Source: Candidatus Eiseniibacteriota bacterium (GTDB taxonomy: Bacteria > Eisenbacteria > RBG-16-71-46). From it: a DNA stretch of 17,932 nt. Location of the stretch: contig JANLOX010000183.1 of the NCBI GenBank assembly GCA_031366795.1, forward strand, positions 1 to 17,932, written 5' to 3'. The stretch's first letter is position 1. The number at the start of each line of letters is the position of its first letter. Below, one piece after another: positions 1 through 7,810 of the stretch. Below the pieces are notes generated by a model, which saw nothing but the letters and a program-made list of their open reading frames with translations, searched no databases and was not told where the DNA came from. A program made the position numbers and the translations under genes.

Positions 1-249
1 CGGCAGCGGCTCGCGAATGGCGATCGTCTTGTCGGTTTCATAGACGACGAACGGCAACGCGCCGGGCGCCACCTTCATGCCCACCGCACCCAGCAGCCCG
101 GCGAGATCCTCCGCGCTCATGCAGTGATCGCACTGGTTGAGCGCGAATACCGAGCGCCGCTGCGTGTTCGAGAACAGGGCGCCACCGATCAGGACGCCCA
201 CCGCGAGGCAGGCGAACAGGCTTAAGCCCAAGCGCAGCCTCGGAATCAC
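1..249 (-). CDS. Partial (5' end) HIT-family-like protein with N-terminal membrane anchor/signal and CxxC; runs off the left edge
   Basis: Manual translation, not in the ORF track. GTG at 249 with GGAG about 7 nt upstream, open to position 1: MIPRLRLGLSLFACLAVGVLIGGALFSNTQRRSVFALNQCDHCMSAEDLAGLLGAVGMKVAPGALPFVVYETDKTIAIREPLP. VVYETDKTIAIREPLP resembles the HIT N-terminal strands (ivyEdd..lAf.di.P). The HxHxH triad would lie outside the window. Confidence 0.65.
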   Translation of the reverse strand, partial: MIPRLRLGLSLFACLAVGVLIGGALFSNTQRRSVFALNQCDHCMSAEDLAGLLGAVGMKVAPGALPFVVYETDKTIAIREPLP

Positions 250-286
250 GCGGTGACTCCAAGGCGGCGCACGGGGATCAATTCGT

Positions 287-1321
287 TCAACGCTTGCCGG
301 CTCGCTGGCGGTAGGCGTCGCGCTCACGCGTCGCGAGATCGAGGATGTCCGCCGGCACGGCGCTGCCGCGCATCGTCGTGGCGAACGCCTGCGCACTGGC
401 GCGGAATTTCGCGACATCGGCAGCAGGCACGGCCACGACCTTCAGCCCGCGCTTCTGCATCTCGGCGATGGCGGTGGTGTCCTGCTTGGGCACATCGGCA
501 TTGAGCCGCTGCTCGAGCCGCATGCAACCCGCCGCGATCTTCACGCGATCGGGCTCGGACAGTTTGTTCCACGCCGCCTTGCTCACCACGAGACCGCCGA
601 CCAGCGGCGCCAACCCCAGCCCCACCATGTAGGGCGTCTGCTTGTACCACTGCAGCGTCAGCCCAAGCAGCGGAGTGGTCGGGTATGAATCGATCATGCC
701 CGTCTGCAACCCGGTGAGAATATCGGTCGCGGCGAGCGGCACGGGCTGGAAGCCGTTCGCCTTCCAGCGGTCGATCATCGGCTGGTCGCCCGCCCAGGCG
801 AACATCTTCGTCTTCTTCAACTCTTCGACGTTCCTCACCGGCGTCTTGCTGAAGAAGTACACCCAGCCGCCGTGTCCCCAGCTCAGCAGGATAAAGCCCT
901 TGGCCTCGAGGCGCTGCTTGAGCACCGGCGTCAGCTTCGTCAACACCGCATCGAGCTCGGGATAGGAATCGAAGAACATCGGGATATTGAACAGCTGGAA
1001 CGACGGGTCGATCGAGGCGAGTCCCGCCGTCGTGATCGCAGCGGCCTGCAGCTGGCCGATGCGCATCTTGCGCACGAGATCCGGCTCGTCACCGGCGATG
1101 CCACCCGGGTACACGCGCAGCGTCACGCGGCCGTTGGTCGAACTCGTCCACAGCGCCCCCATGTCGCGCAGCCCCTTGTCCCACACCGATCCTTCGGGGA
1201 CGAGCGTGGCGAGCTTGATCACCTGCGCCTGCGCTTGCGCCGGAGTGGGAGTCGATAACAGCCCCGCGACCGCTGTGGTCAGGAGCACAACGGCAAACAA
1301 GCGAACGATGACCTGCTTCAA
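287..1321 (-). CDS. dctP: TRAP transporter substrate-binding protein DctP (TatP-type, TPAT system)
   Basis: Signal peptide ending AQA, then IKLATLVPEGSVW, VYPGGIAGDEPDLVRKMRIGQLQAA and DILTGLQTGMID, typical of the DctP subgroup encoded with TatT. TTG start overlaps the upstream TGA (1318-1321). Confidence 0.9.
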   Translation of the reverse strand: MKQVIVRLFAVVLLTTAVAGLLSTPTPAQAQAQVIKLATLVPEGSVWDKGLRDMGALWTSSTNGRVTLRVYPGGIAGDEPDLVRKMRIGQLQAAAITTAGLASIDPSFQLFNIPMFFDSYPELDAVLTKLTPVLKQRLEAKGFILLSWGHGGWVYFFSKTPVRNVEELKKTKMFAWAGDQPMIDRWKANGFQPVPLAATDILTGLQTGMIDSYPTTPLLGLTLQWYKQTPYMVGLGLAPLVGGLVVSKAAWNKLSEPDRVKIAAGCMRLEQRLNADVPKQDTTAIAEMQKRGLKVVAVPAADVAKFRASAQAFATTMRGSAVPADILDLATRERDAYRQRAGKR

Positions 1322-2280
1322 TGGGTTGCCTCGGAGTGGGTGGAATCGGTTGGGGAGCCGTCATCCAGGAAATAGTCGTCTTCCCGCGAGAGCAGCCAGC
1401 GGGCGCGGCGTTGCGTCACGATGTTGACGAGACGCTGGGTCGAGTCGCGGGCGGGATCGACCGCGAGCGCCTGCTCGAGCATCTCGCGGAATTCCGCCTT
1501 GTTCTGGGTCGAGATCGAGACCGCCTGCGCGTAAGTCAGGTATGGGCTCGCATGGGTTCCCTTCGACAGCGCGATGGCGCGATCGAAATGCCGCCGCGCC
1601 TCCGTAGGCGATCCGCCCATCACGGCCGGCATCGACTCGAGCAGGATCATCGCTTCATGCAGCGCGCCCCCTTCATAGCCCTCATTCAAGACGACGGCGC
1701 GTTCGATGAGCGCGCGTACCGCTGGAAGATCGGCCACCAGTTGCGGCTGGTCCTTGCCCAGCGAGATCGCCGAGCCCCACGCCGCCGCGGTCCAGTAGAG
1801 CGCCGGCACGTCCTTCGCCTTGAAACGCTGGACCGCCTTCTGCGGATCGAGGCTCAACTGCACGCCCACGCCGCGGTAGCCCAGGTCGAGGCCGCGCAGA
1901 CCGTAGTCGCGGGCGCGCACGAACATGCGCTGGGCGCGGTCACGCAATTCGGTGGCGCGGTCGTGGTCGGTGGCCTCGGCCATGTCGGCGTCGGACTGGA
2001 TGAAGCCGTACGCGTACTGCGTGAAACCGCGGCATGCGGCCGCCAGCAAGTTGCGATTGTTGGGGACGACGGCGAGCAACGATTCCATAGTCTTAAGGCC
2101 AAACGGCACCGCGTCGCGGACTAGTTCCGGATCGTTGTCGGAAGAAAACACATCCGGTCCGGTCGCCATCGCGTTCGCCACGGAATTCGCGGCGATTCGC
2201 TTGAGCGAGCACGAGCCGCTTGCCGCCGCCAACGCGATCAACGCGAGACAAGCGAGCGGGCGAGCCACCCTCAGTTTCAT
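1318..2280 (-). CDS. tatT: TRAP transporter TatT component (TPR-like lipoprotein)
   Basis: Lipoprotein-like signal (LAAASGSC). DNDPELVRDAVPFGLKTMESLL, FTQYAYGF, ALYWTAAAWGSAI and GGSPTEARRHFDRAIALS match TatT. Directly upstream of dctP; GGAG upstream of the ATG. Confidence 0.88.
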   Translation of the reverse strand: MKLRVARPLACLALIALAAASGSCSLKRIAANSVANAMATGPDVFSSDNDPELVRDAVPFGLKTMESLLAVVPNNRNLLAAACRGFTQYAYGFIQSDADMAEATDHDRATELRDRAQRMFVRARDYGLRGLDLGYRGVGVQLSLDPQKAVQRFKAKDVPALYWTAAAWGSAISLGKDQPQLVADLPAVRALIERAVVLNEGYEGGALHEAMILLESMPAVMGGSPTEARRHFDRAIALSKGTHASPYLTYAQAVSISTQNKAEFREMLEQALAVDPARDSTQRLVNIVTQRRARWLLSREDDYFLDDGSPTDSTHSEATH

Positions 2281-2361
2281 GGCGAAATCGGCTCCTGATG
2301 GAGAGCACAGGCGCGCCTCGAACGGCGGCCGGACGTCCGCGGGGAGCGACGTTCAAATGGC

Positions 2362-2390
2362 ACGCTAGCGGGGTGAACGGGGCCGGTCAA
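2362..2390 (-). promoter_or_regulatory. Sigma70-type promoter for tatT-dctP
   Basis: Minus strand TTGACC (2390-2385), 17-nt spacer, TAGCGT (2367-2362), about 80 nt upstream of the tatT ATG. Confidence 0.6.
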
Positions 2391-2552
2391 GCCCCAGGCG
2401 GCGCTACGGACGGCGCATCGGCCGCAGGGCTACAGCCGCGGGCGGCTCCTGCCGAAACCCGTTCGACTCCCCGCATGGGTGGGTGAAACGCCTCAAGCCC
2501 GCCCGACACGTTCTTGACGACCGGAACCCCCAAGCCTGTCATCCTAATGACC

Positions 2553-3242
2553 ATGAACCGTTACTCTGTCACCCGCTGCGCACTGTGCGTGGGACTGGCG
2601 CTCAGCGTCTGGGGCCCGCGGCTTGGGAGCGCTGACGCTGACAGCACGCGGAATGCCATGCCGCCGCCGTCGCCCGCATTCAAAGCACCCGCGAACGCTT
2701 TGTTCGTCGACGACTTCCATGGCCCCGGCATCACGAAGTGGCGCACAGACCGCGACGGCGTGTGGAGCATCAGGCGCGGCATGCTGCGCGCCGAGCTGCC
2801 TGACCGGCGCCAGGAACACTCGATCCTGTTCGCCGGCGATTCGACGTGGTCCGACTACGCCGTCGACTTCGACGTGTGTGGCATGCGCGGAGTCGACAAG
2901 GGCGTCGTGGTGCGGATGCACGGCACTCGCGGCCTGGGTGTGGACCTGCGCGGCCCGGGCTACCATGACCTGCGGCTGCAGGTGAACGAACTGCCGATTG
3001 GGCGCGCCAATGTCGAGAACGGCAACGGCGTATGGCAGCACGTGCGCATCGAGGTGCTCGGCGCGCGTTGCCGAATCTGGGTCAACGGTGAAGCCGTGAT
3101 CGACCGCCGCGTTCCGCTGAGTCTCTCGAAGTCGGGTGGCATCGCGCTCGCGGCCTACACCGGCGGGATCGGCGAGTGCACCGTGTACTACGACAATGTC
3201 GTCGTCACGGCTCTGGCCGGGGATGCCTCCTCGGCTCGTTAG
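2553..3242 (+). CDS. Secreted DUF1080/ConA-like beta-sandwich protein (3-keto-disaccharide hydrolase-like)
   Basis: Signal-like N-terminus, then LFVDDF, W..RDGVWSI..G, GDSTWSDYAVDFDV, WQHVRIEVLG..IWVNGE, GGIAL and VYYDNVVV. Start uncertain (ATG 2547 or 2553). Confidence 0.7.
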   Translation: MNRYSVTRCALCVGLALSVWGPRLGSADADSTRNAMPPPSPAFKAPANALFVDDFHGPGITKWRTDRDGVWSIRRGMLRAELPDRRQEHSILFAGDSTWSDYAVDFDVCGMRGVDKGVVVRMHGTRGLGVDLRGPGYHDLRLQVNELPIGRANVENGNGVWQHVRIEVLGARCRIWVNGEAVIDRRVPLSLSKSGGIALAAYTGGIGECTVYYDNVVVTALAGDASSAR

Positions 3243-4198
3243 CCCGGACCAATCATGAATTGTGCGCGCGAGCCGCCGTACCGCTCGGCGACGACCGGCT
3301 CGCCGTCTTCGATCAACTTCCGAAGGCGCTCCGCGATCTCGGTGGATTCGTCCGAAAACTTCCTCGCGAACAGCGCCTCCCCGCTCCGTGCTCCCACGCC
3401 GGAACGGCCACGCCGGGCGGGGCTGAAACGGTCGAGATGCCGCTCGGAGATGAGCGCCGGACTCGCTCCGCCCGCGGTCCAGTCCGCATAGGTCACTTCA
3501 GGGAGAATTCGATGCAGGAATTCGGAATTCCCGAGCACGGTGTGGAACAGGGTTTCGTCCGGGCAGTGCGTGTGCCTGAAAAATCTCACCACCTCCGGCT
3601 TGTGTTCGATGAAATCCATGATGTATTCGCACGCCCGGCGGGACAGCGCCCACCACGTGCTTCCCCCATAGGGAACCAGGTCCTGCAACCTCGCCCGGAA
3701 GTCGCGCTCCTTGGGAATCGCCCCGCAACGCACCAACGCTTTGCGGATCAGGACATTGACGTTGGGCGCGCCCGGCCGTGGCTTGTACCGCGTCAGCCAC
3801 GAGAGCGGCTTGTGCTGTTCCTCGGAGGGCATCGGAACGAGGCTCATGAATTCCGCCTCGCGATGCTGGTCGAAGAAGTCGTCGATATAGCCGGTGGAAC
3901 GCAGCGGGTAGTCCGCGCCGCTCAGCAGCACGAACCGTTCGAGGCGCGGCTCGTGGGCGAGTGCCGCGCGGAGCAACAGCACCGTCGCTTCCACGATCGA
4001 GAAGTCGCCCCAGTGAACGGCCTTCCGGCGGCGCATGAAATGAACATTCTCGCCACGGATGTAGGTGAAGACGTCTACGGGGGACTTCTTGTCGACGTGT
4101 ATGAAGAAGGCGACGCTGGGAGATGACAGCCGGCCGATGAGGCGTCCCAGATGCCTGGGGTTCTGATGCGCGAGAATGAGATACGCGATCTTGGCCAC
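3239..4198 (-). CDS. Beta-1,6-N-acetylglucosaminyltransferase-like protein (Core-2/I-branching, GT14)
   Basis: KIAYLILAH, FFIHVDKKS, VHWGDFSIVEATVLLL, LLSGADYPL, YGGSTWWALSR, PDETLFHT and LFARKF are hallmark Branch-family motifs. Confidence 0.92.
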   Translation of the reverse strand: MAKIAYLILAHQNPRHLGRLIGRLSSPSVAFFIHVDKKSPVDVFTYIRGENVHFMRRRKAVHWGDFSIVEATVLLLRAALAHEPRLERFVLLSGADYPLRSTGYIDDFFDQHREAEFMSLVPMPSEEQHKPLSWLTRYKPRPGAPNVNVLIRKALVRCGAIPKERDFRARLQDLVPYGGSTWWALSRRACEYIMDFIEHKPEVVRFFRHTHCPDETLFHTVLGNSEFLHRILPEVTYADWTAGGASPALISERHLDRFSPARRGRSGVGARSGEALFARKFSDESTEIAERLRKLIEDGEPVVAERYGGSRAQFMIGPG

Positions 4199-4423
4199 GG
4201 ATGCCTGCCTGTGATGAGAGTCGTCGCAAGCCCGCGCCCAGGGTCGTCCTGAAGACTCCCTGAATATTGTCGCCGGACGGCCCGTGCCGGGCGCCCGTGA
4301 ATTGCGCGGGACGGTGGTGCCCCAATGTGCCGTCAGATTAGCCCGCGTGTTCGCACCGCGTCGAGCGTTTTTCCGTGCAATTGCGGGCCAAATGACACGT
4401 CCTTGTGCGAGCGGCGGCAGAAA

Positions 4424-6778
4424 TTACGCGCGGCGTCCCCGTAACAGGCGCAGGCCATTGAGGATGACGAATACCGTGCTGCCTTCATGGCAGGAGACAG
4501 CGACGGGCAAGCGCAGGGACCCCAGCGGGGTCAGGTGCCCGAGAAATACCAACATCACGAGAATTCCCATCACACCGACAGCGATGGACACGTTTTGCGC
4601 GACCACGCGCCGCGCGCGCTGGCAGAGGCCCAGCGCATAGGGAAGCGCGCGCAAGTCGTCGGCCATCAGCACGACGTCGGCGCTCTCCATGGCGGCGTCG
4701 CTGCCGATCCCTCCCATCGCAATGCCGACACTCGCGCGCGCCAGCGCTGGGGCGTCGTTGATGCCATCGCCCACCATCACGGTCGGTCCGTACTGCTGCT
4801 CGAGTTCGGCCAGCACGCGCACCTTGTCCTCGGGCAACAACGCACCGTGGTAGCGATCGACGCCGGCCCGCCCGGCGATCGCTTCGACCGTGCGCGGGTG
4901 GTCGCCGGACAACAGCACGACCGAGGCGATGCCCAGCTTGCGCAGCTCGGCGACGACCGCGGGCGTCGTGTCGCGCAATTGGTCGGCCGCGGCGATGACG
5001 CCCCAGCGGCCCTCGCGGTGCACGAGCATCGCGGTCTGCCCGTCCTGGTGGAAGCGGCCCACGGCTTCGAGCGCATTGGCCGGCACCGTGATATCCAATG
5101 ACACGAACAGCTCCGGCGTGCCGACCTCGACCGTGCGGCCCTCGACCACCGCGACCAGCCCCTTGCCCATGTGCGCGGTCAGCTGCTCGGTCGCGGTGTA
5201 GACCACTCCACGCGCCTCGGCTGCGCGCACCACCGCCTGCGCCAGCGGATGCTGCGAGCGCTTCTCGGCGGCGGCGGCCCACGCCAGCACTTCGTCCTCG
5301 CGCGTCTCGCCGAGCCCAGCGACCGCCGTGACCTCGAACATCCCGCGCGTCAGCGTGCCGGTCTTATCGAACGCCACGGCCTTGGCGCGGCCGAGCATCT
5401 CGATGAAGCGCCCGCCCTTGAACAGGATGCCGTTGCGCGCGGCATTGGCGATCGCCGACAGGATCGTCGAAGGCGTGGCGATCACCAGCGCGCACGGCGA
5501 GGCGACCACCAGCAAGGTCATGGCGCGATAGAACGACGAGGCGAAATCGTGGTGCAGCACGAACGGCGGCACGATGATCATGGCGAAGGCCGCGAGCATC
5601 ACCACGACCGTGTAGTAGCGGCCGGCCCAGTCGGCCATCTCTTCCGTCTGCGACTTCTGTTCCTGCGCCTGCGCCACCAGCGCCACGATGCGCGCGAGCG
5701 TCGTGTCCCCCGCCACGCGCGCGGTGAGCACTTCGATCGAGCCCTGCTGGTTGAGCGTGCCGGCGAACACCTTGTCGCCGATGCTCTTGGTGGCGGGCAC
5801 CGATTCGCCGGTCAGCGAGCTCTGGTCCACCAGCGATTGCCCGAGCGCGACCGCGCCATCGACGGGGATCGCCTCGCCCGGTTTGATGATCACCATCTCG
5901 CCGACACGCACTGCTTCGGCCGCCACCTCGATCTCGCGGCCATCGCGCCGCACCAACGCGCGCGCGGGGCGCAACTTGAGCAGCGCGTGCAGGGCGCGCC
6001 GCGTGCGGCCCATGGTGTAGACCTCGAGCGTGTTGCTGAGCGAGAACAGGAACATCAACTCGGCGGCCTCGAGGATGTAACCGATGGCACCCGCGCCGAT
6101 AGCGGCCAGCAGCATCAGCAGATTGACGTCGAAACGGAACTTGGCGAGTGAGCGAATCGTCGAGCGCAGCGTGAAGAACCCACCCGCCAGCGCCGAGGCA
6201 ACGTAAGCGCCGGTATGCCACGACGCCGGCAACCCCATGCGATCCATCACGAGCCCTGCGATCAGCAGCACGAAGCAGACGCCCGTCAGCACCGCCATCT
6301 TCTGGCTCTTGGACCACTGCTGCTGCTCTTCGTGGGTCGTCCTCTCCCCCCACGACTTGCTGGCGACCAACGGACGCACGATCTCGGCAGCGCCGGACGG
6401 CATCGCGCGGCGCGCGAGACTGACGCGGCCGGGCTCCGCCAGCACCGTGAAGTCCTCACGGTCGCGCGCGAGGATGTGGCCCAACCTCAGCGCACACTCG
6501 TCGCAAGAGTCAGCGCTCTGGCGCCGCTCACAGTAGGTCACGCGTTGCGCGAACAACGCGGCGATCTCATCGGCGAGTTCGTTGAGCCCTTCCGGCGATA
6601 CGAGCACCGGGTCGTAACGCACCGCCAGCGTGCTGTCGGTGAACCGCGCCTCGACCGCGAGCACGCCGGGGCTCACGCGCAGGCGCTCGAGCAGGATCTC
6701 GAGGCAACCGGCGCCGTCGCCGGCGATGGGCAGGTGCGCAATCGCGGGCTCAGCGGGGAGTGAGTTGGAGACGCTCAT
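4424..6778 (-). CDS. Heavy-metal-translocating P1B-type ATPase, P1B-4 subgroup (Co/Zn/Fe(II) type)
   Basis: TGES, the membrane motif ASPCAL, DKTGTLT, SQHPLA, GDGINDAP and C-terminal HEGST. SPC plus HEG[S]T defines P1B-4. Confidence 0.95.
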   Translation of the reverse strand: MSVSNSLPAEPAIAHLPIAGDGAGCLEILLERLRVSPGVLAVEARFTDSTLAVRYDPVLVSPEGLNELADEIAALFAQRVTYCERRQSADSCDECALRLGHILARDREDFTVLAEPGRVSLARRAMPSGAAEIVRPLVASKSWGERTTHEEQQQWSKSQKMAVLTGVCFVLLIAGLVMDRMGLPASWHTGAYVASALAGGFFTLRSTIRSLAKFRFDVNLLMLLAAIGAGAIGYILEAAELMFLFSLSNTLEVYTMGRTRRALHALLKLRPARALVRRDGREIEVAAEAVRVGEMVIIKPGEAIPVDGAVALGQSLVDQSSLTGESVPATKSIGDKVFAGTLNQQGSIEVLTARVAGDTTLARIVALVAQAQEQKSQTEEMADWAGRYYTVVVMLAAFAMIIVPPFVLHHDFASSFYRAMTLLVVASPCALVIATPSTILSAIANAARNGILFKGGRFIEMLGRAKAVAFDKTGTLTRGMFEVTAVAGLGETREDEVLAWAAAAEKRSQHPLAQAVVRAAEARGVVYTATEQLTAHMGKGLVAVVEGRTVEVGTPELFVSLDITVPANALEAVGRFHQDGQTAMLVHREGRWGVIAAADQLRDTTPAVVAELRKLGIASVVLLSGDHPRTVEAIAGRAGVDRYHGALLPEDKVRVLAELEQQYGPTVMVGDGINDAPALARASVGIAMGGIGSDAAMESADVVLMADDLRALPYALGLCQRARRVVAQNVSIAVGVMGILVMLVFLGHLTPLGSLRLPVAVSCHEGSTVFVILNGLRLLRGRRA

Positions 6779-6779
6779 G

Positions 6780-6893
6780 AAGTCGCCGACTCTACCATCT
6801 GATCAACGATGCAGCGACTTGAGCTGGCGTTACCTGTATCCCTCGTGGCATCCAAGGGCTCAGGCGGTCCAGCGGGTTGTCCTTGGCCCCGCT
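6780..6893 (-). promoter_or_regulatory. Structured 5' leader of the ATPase (candidate cis-regulatory RNA)
   Basis: Three consecutive hairpins read by eye: 6871-6876/6888-6893; 6823-6873 (four helical segments); and 6780-6820 (9+4 bp) ending 1 nt before the ATG. Confidence 0.4.
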
Positions 6894-6987
6894 TAACCGC
6901 TCGCGGCTTTTTCGCGCTGTGCGCGCGGCAGCCCGGCGCCCATGTCCGTCAGGGTCGATCGGTTCGCTTGACAGCGCGATCCGCGGG

Positions 6988-7641
6988 TCAGCGATACAGC
7001 ATCTTGAGCGCTCCCCAACTCCTTCGCTTCGTGGGCGTAGAGGAATCGTGGCACGTGACGACCTGAAAGCACATATCAACATCGAAAGGGCACGCTCCTT
7101 TGATGTTTGGCATGTGAACACAGTCAATTACACTTCGAATGGTATACAAGCATGAACCGATCGCGTACTCGTCGTTGCCGGTATGATAGAGAATTGGGTA
7201 GTCGAGTGCGTTGCACCCCTCTACTTGCAACCAGAAAACGTAAAGACCCGTTGCAGGAAGGCTCACAGGAGGATCAAACGTCCATGTCATCGGAACCGGC
7301 AGTCCCGGCGGATCACTATCCAAGACCCGGACAACACCGCAATCCAAAAGGATAGGTTGCGTCTTGTACGCTTTGGTAATGAACAGGTTCAGGCCGAGCG
7401 CAATTGCCCCGTAGTTTGCTGGTCGCCAGATGGTAATCGAATGGATCAAGGAGTCATTGGCCCAGAATGACTGCCCCTCCGCCGAGCCAAAGAAGGCAAA
7501 GTCTTGGCCGTTAGCAAGGCGAACCGGGACGCCCACGGTATCCTGCACACATTGCGCCCATGCGGTCTGGCCCGCCCCGTGCCAAGCGAGAAACACTAAC
7601 GCCATCACAGGAACGACGATCGCTCGAAATAAGCTTGCCAC
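6988..7641 (-). CDS. Secreted Cys-rich hypothetical protein with C-terminal SWGxLKxLYR motif
   Basis: The ORF-track start (8055) overlaps the upstream gene. GTG 7641 gives a clean signal peptide, MASLFRAIVVPVMALVFLAWHGAGQTAWA|QCV (alternative start ATG 7788). The mature part has 8 Cys and ends STPTKRRSWGALKMLYR. Confidence 0.75.
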   Translation of the reverse strand: MASLFRAIVVPVMALVFLAWHGAGQTAWAQCVQDTVGVPVRLANGQDFAFFGSAEGQSFWANDSLIHSITIWRPANYGAIALGLNLFITKAYKTQPILLDCGVVRVLDSDPPGLPVPMTWTFDPPVSLPATGLYVFWLQVEGCNALDYPILYHTGNDEYAIGSCLYTIRSVIDCVHMPNIKGACPFDVDMCFQVVTCHDSSTPTKRRSWGALKMLYR

Positions 7642-7810
7642 AATCGAACTTCGTTGACCCTTTGCATGCGCCTCGTGTAGCGGGCCCCGCCTCAACCGAG
7701 CGGCCCCCAAGAGCAACGCAGTTCGCGCACCAAGGCTCGTAGCTTCGGACAACTTCCCGCCCTCCAAGCCAGCGTGGATATTCGTCATTGGCAGCACGGT
7801 TCCCACCCCG

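Noticed and set aside
38..262. 74-aa minus-strand ORF in the track
   Set aside because: Overlaps, in another frame, the better supported HIT-like frame 1-249, and has no recognisable motifs.
2358..2375. TGGCACG, a possible sigma54 -24 box
   Set aside because: No GC at the -12 position (GG-N10-GG). The site is better explained by the opposite-strand sigma70 -10.
2455..2504. GTTCGACTC (tRNA T-loop-like) plus a G-U-rich hairpin at 2477-2504
   Set aside because: No T-stem pairing, acceptor stem or D-arm, so not a tRNA. The hairpin alone is unremarkable at this GC.
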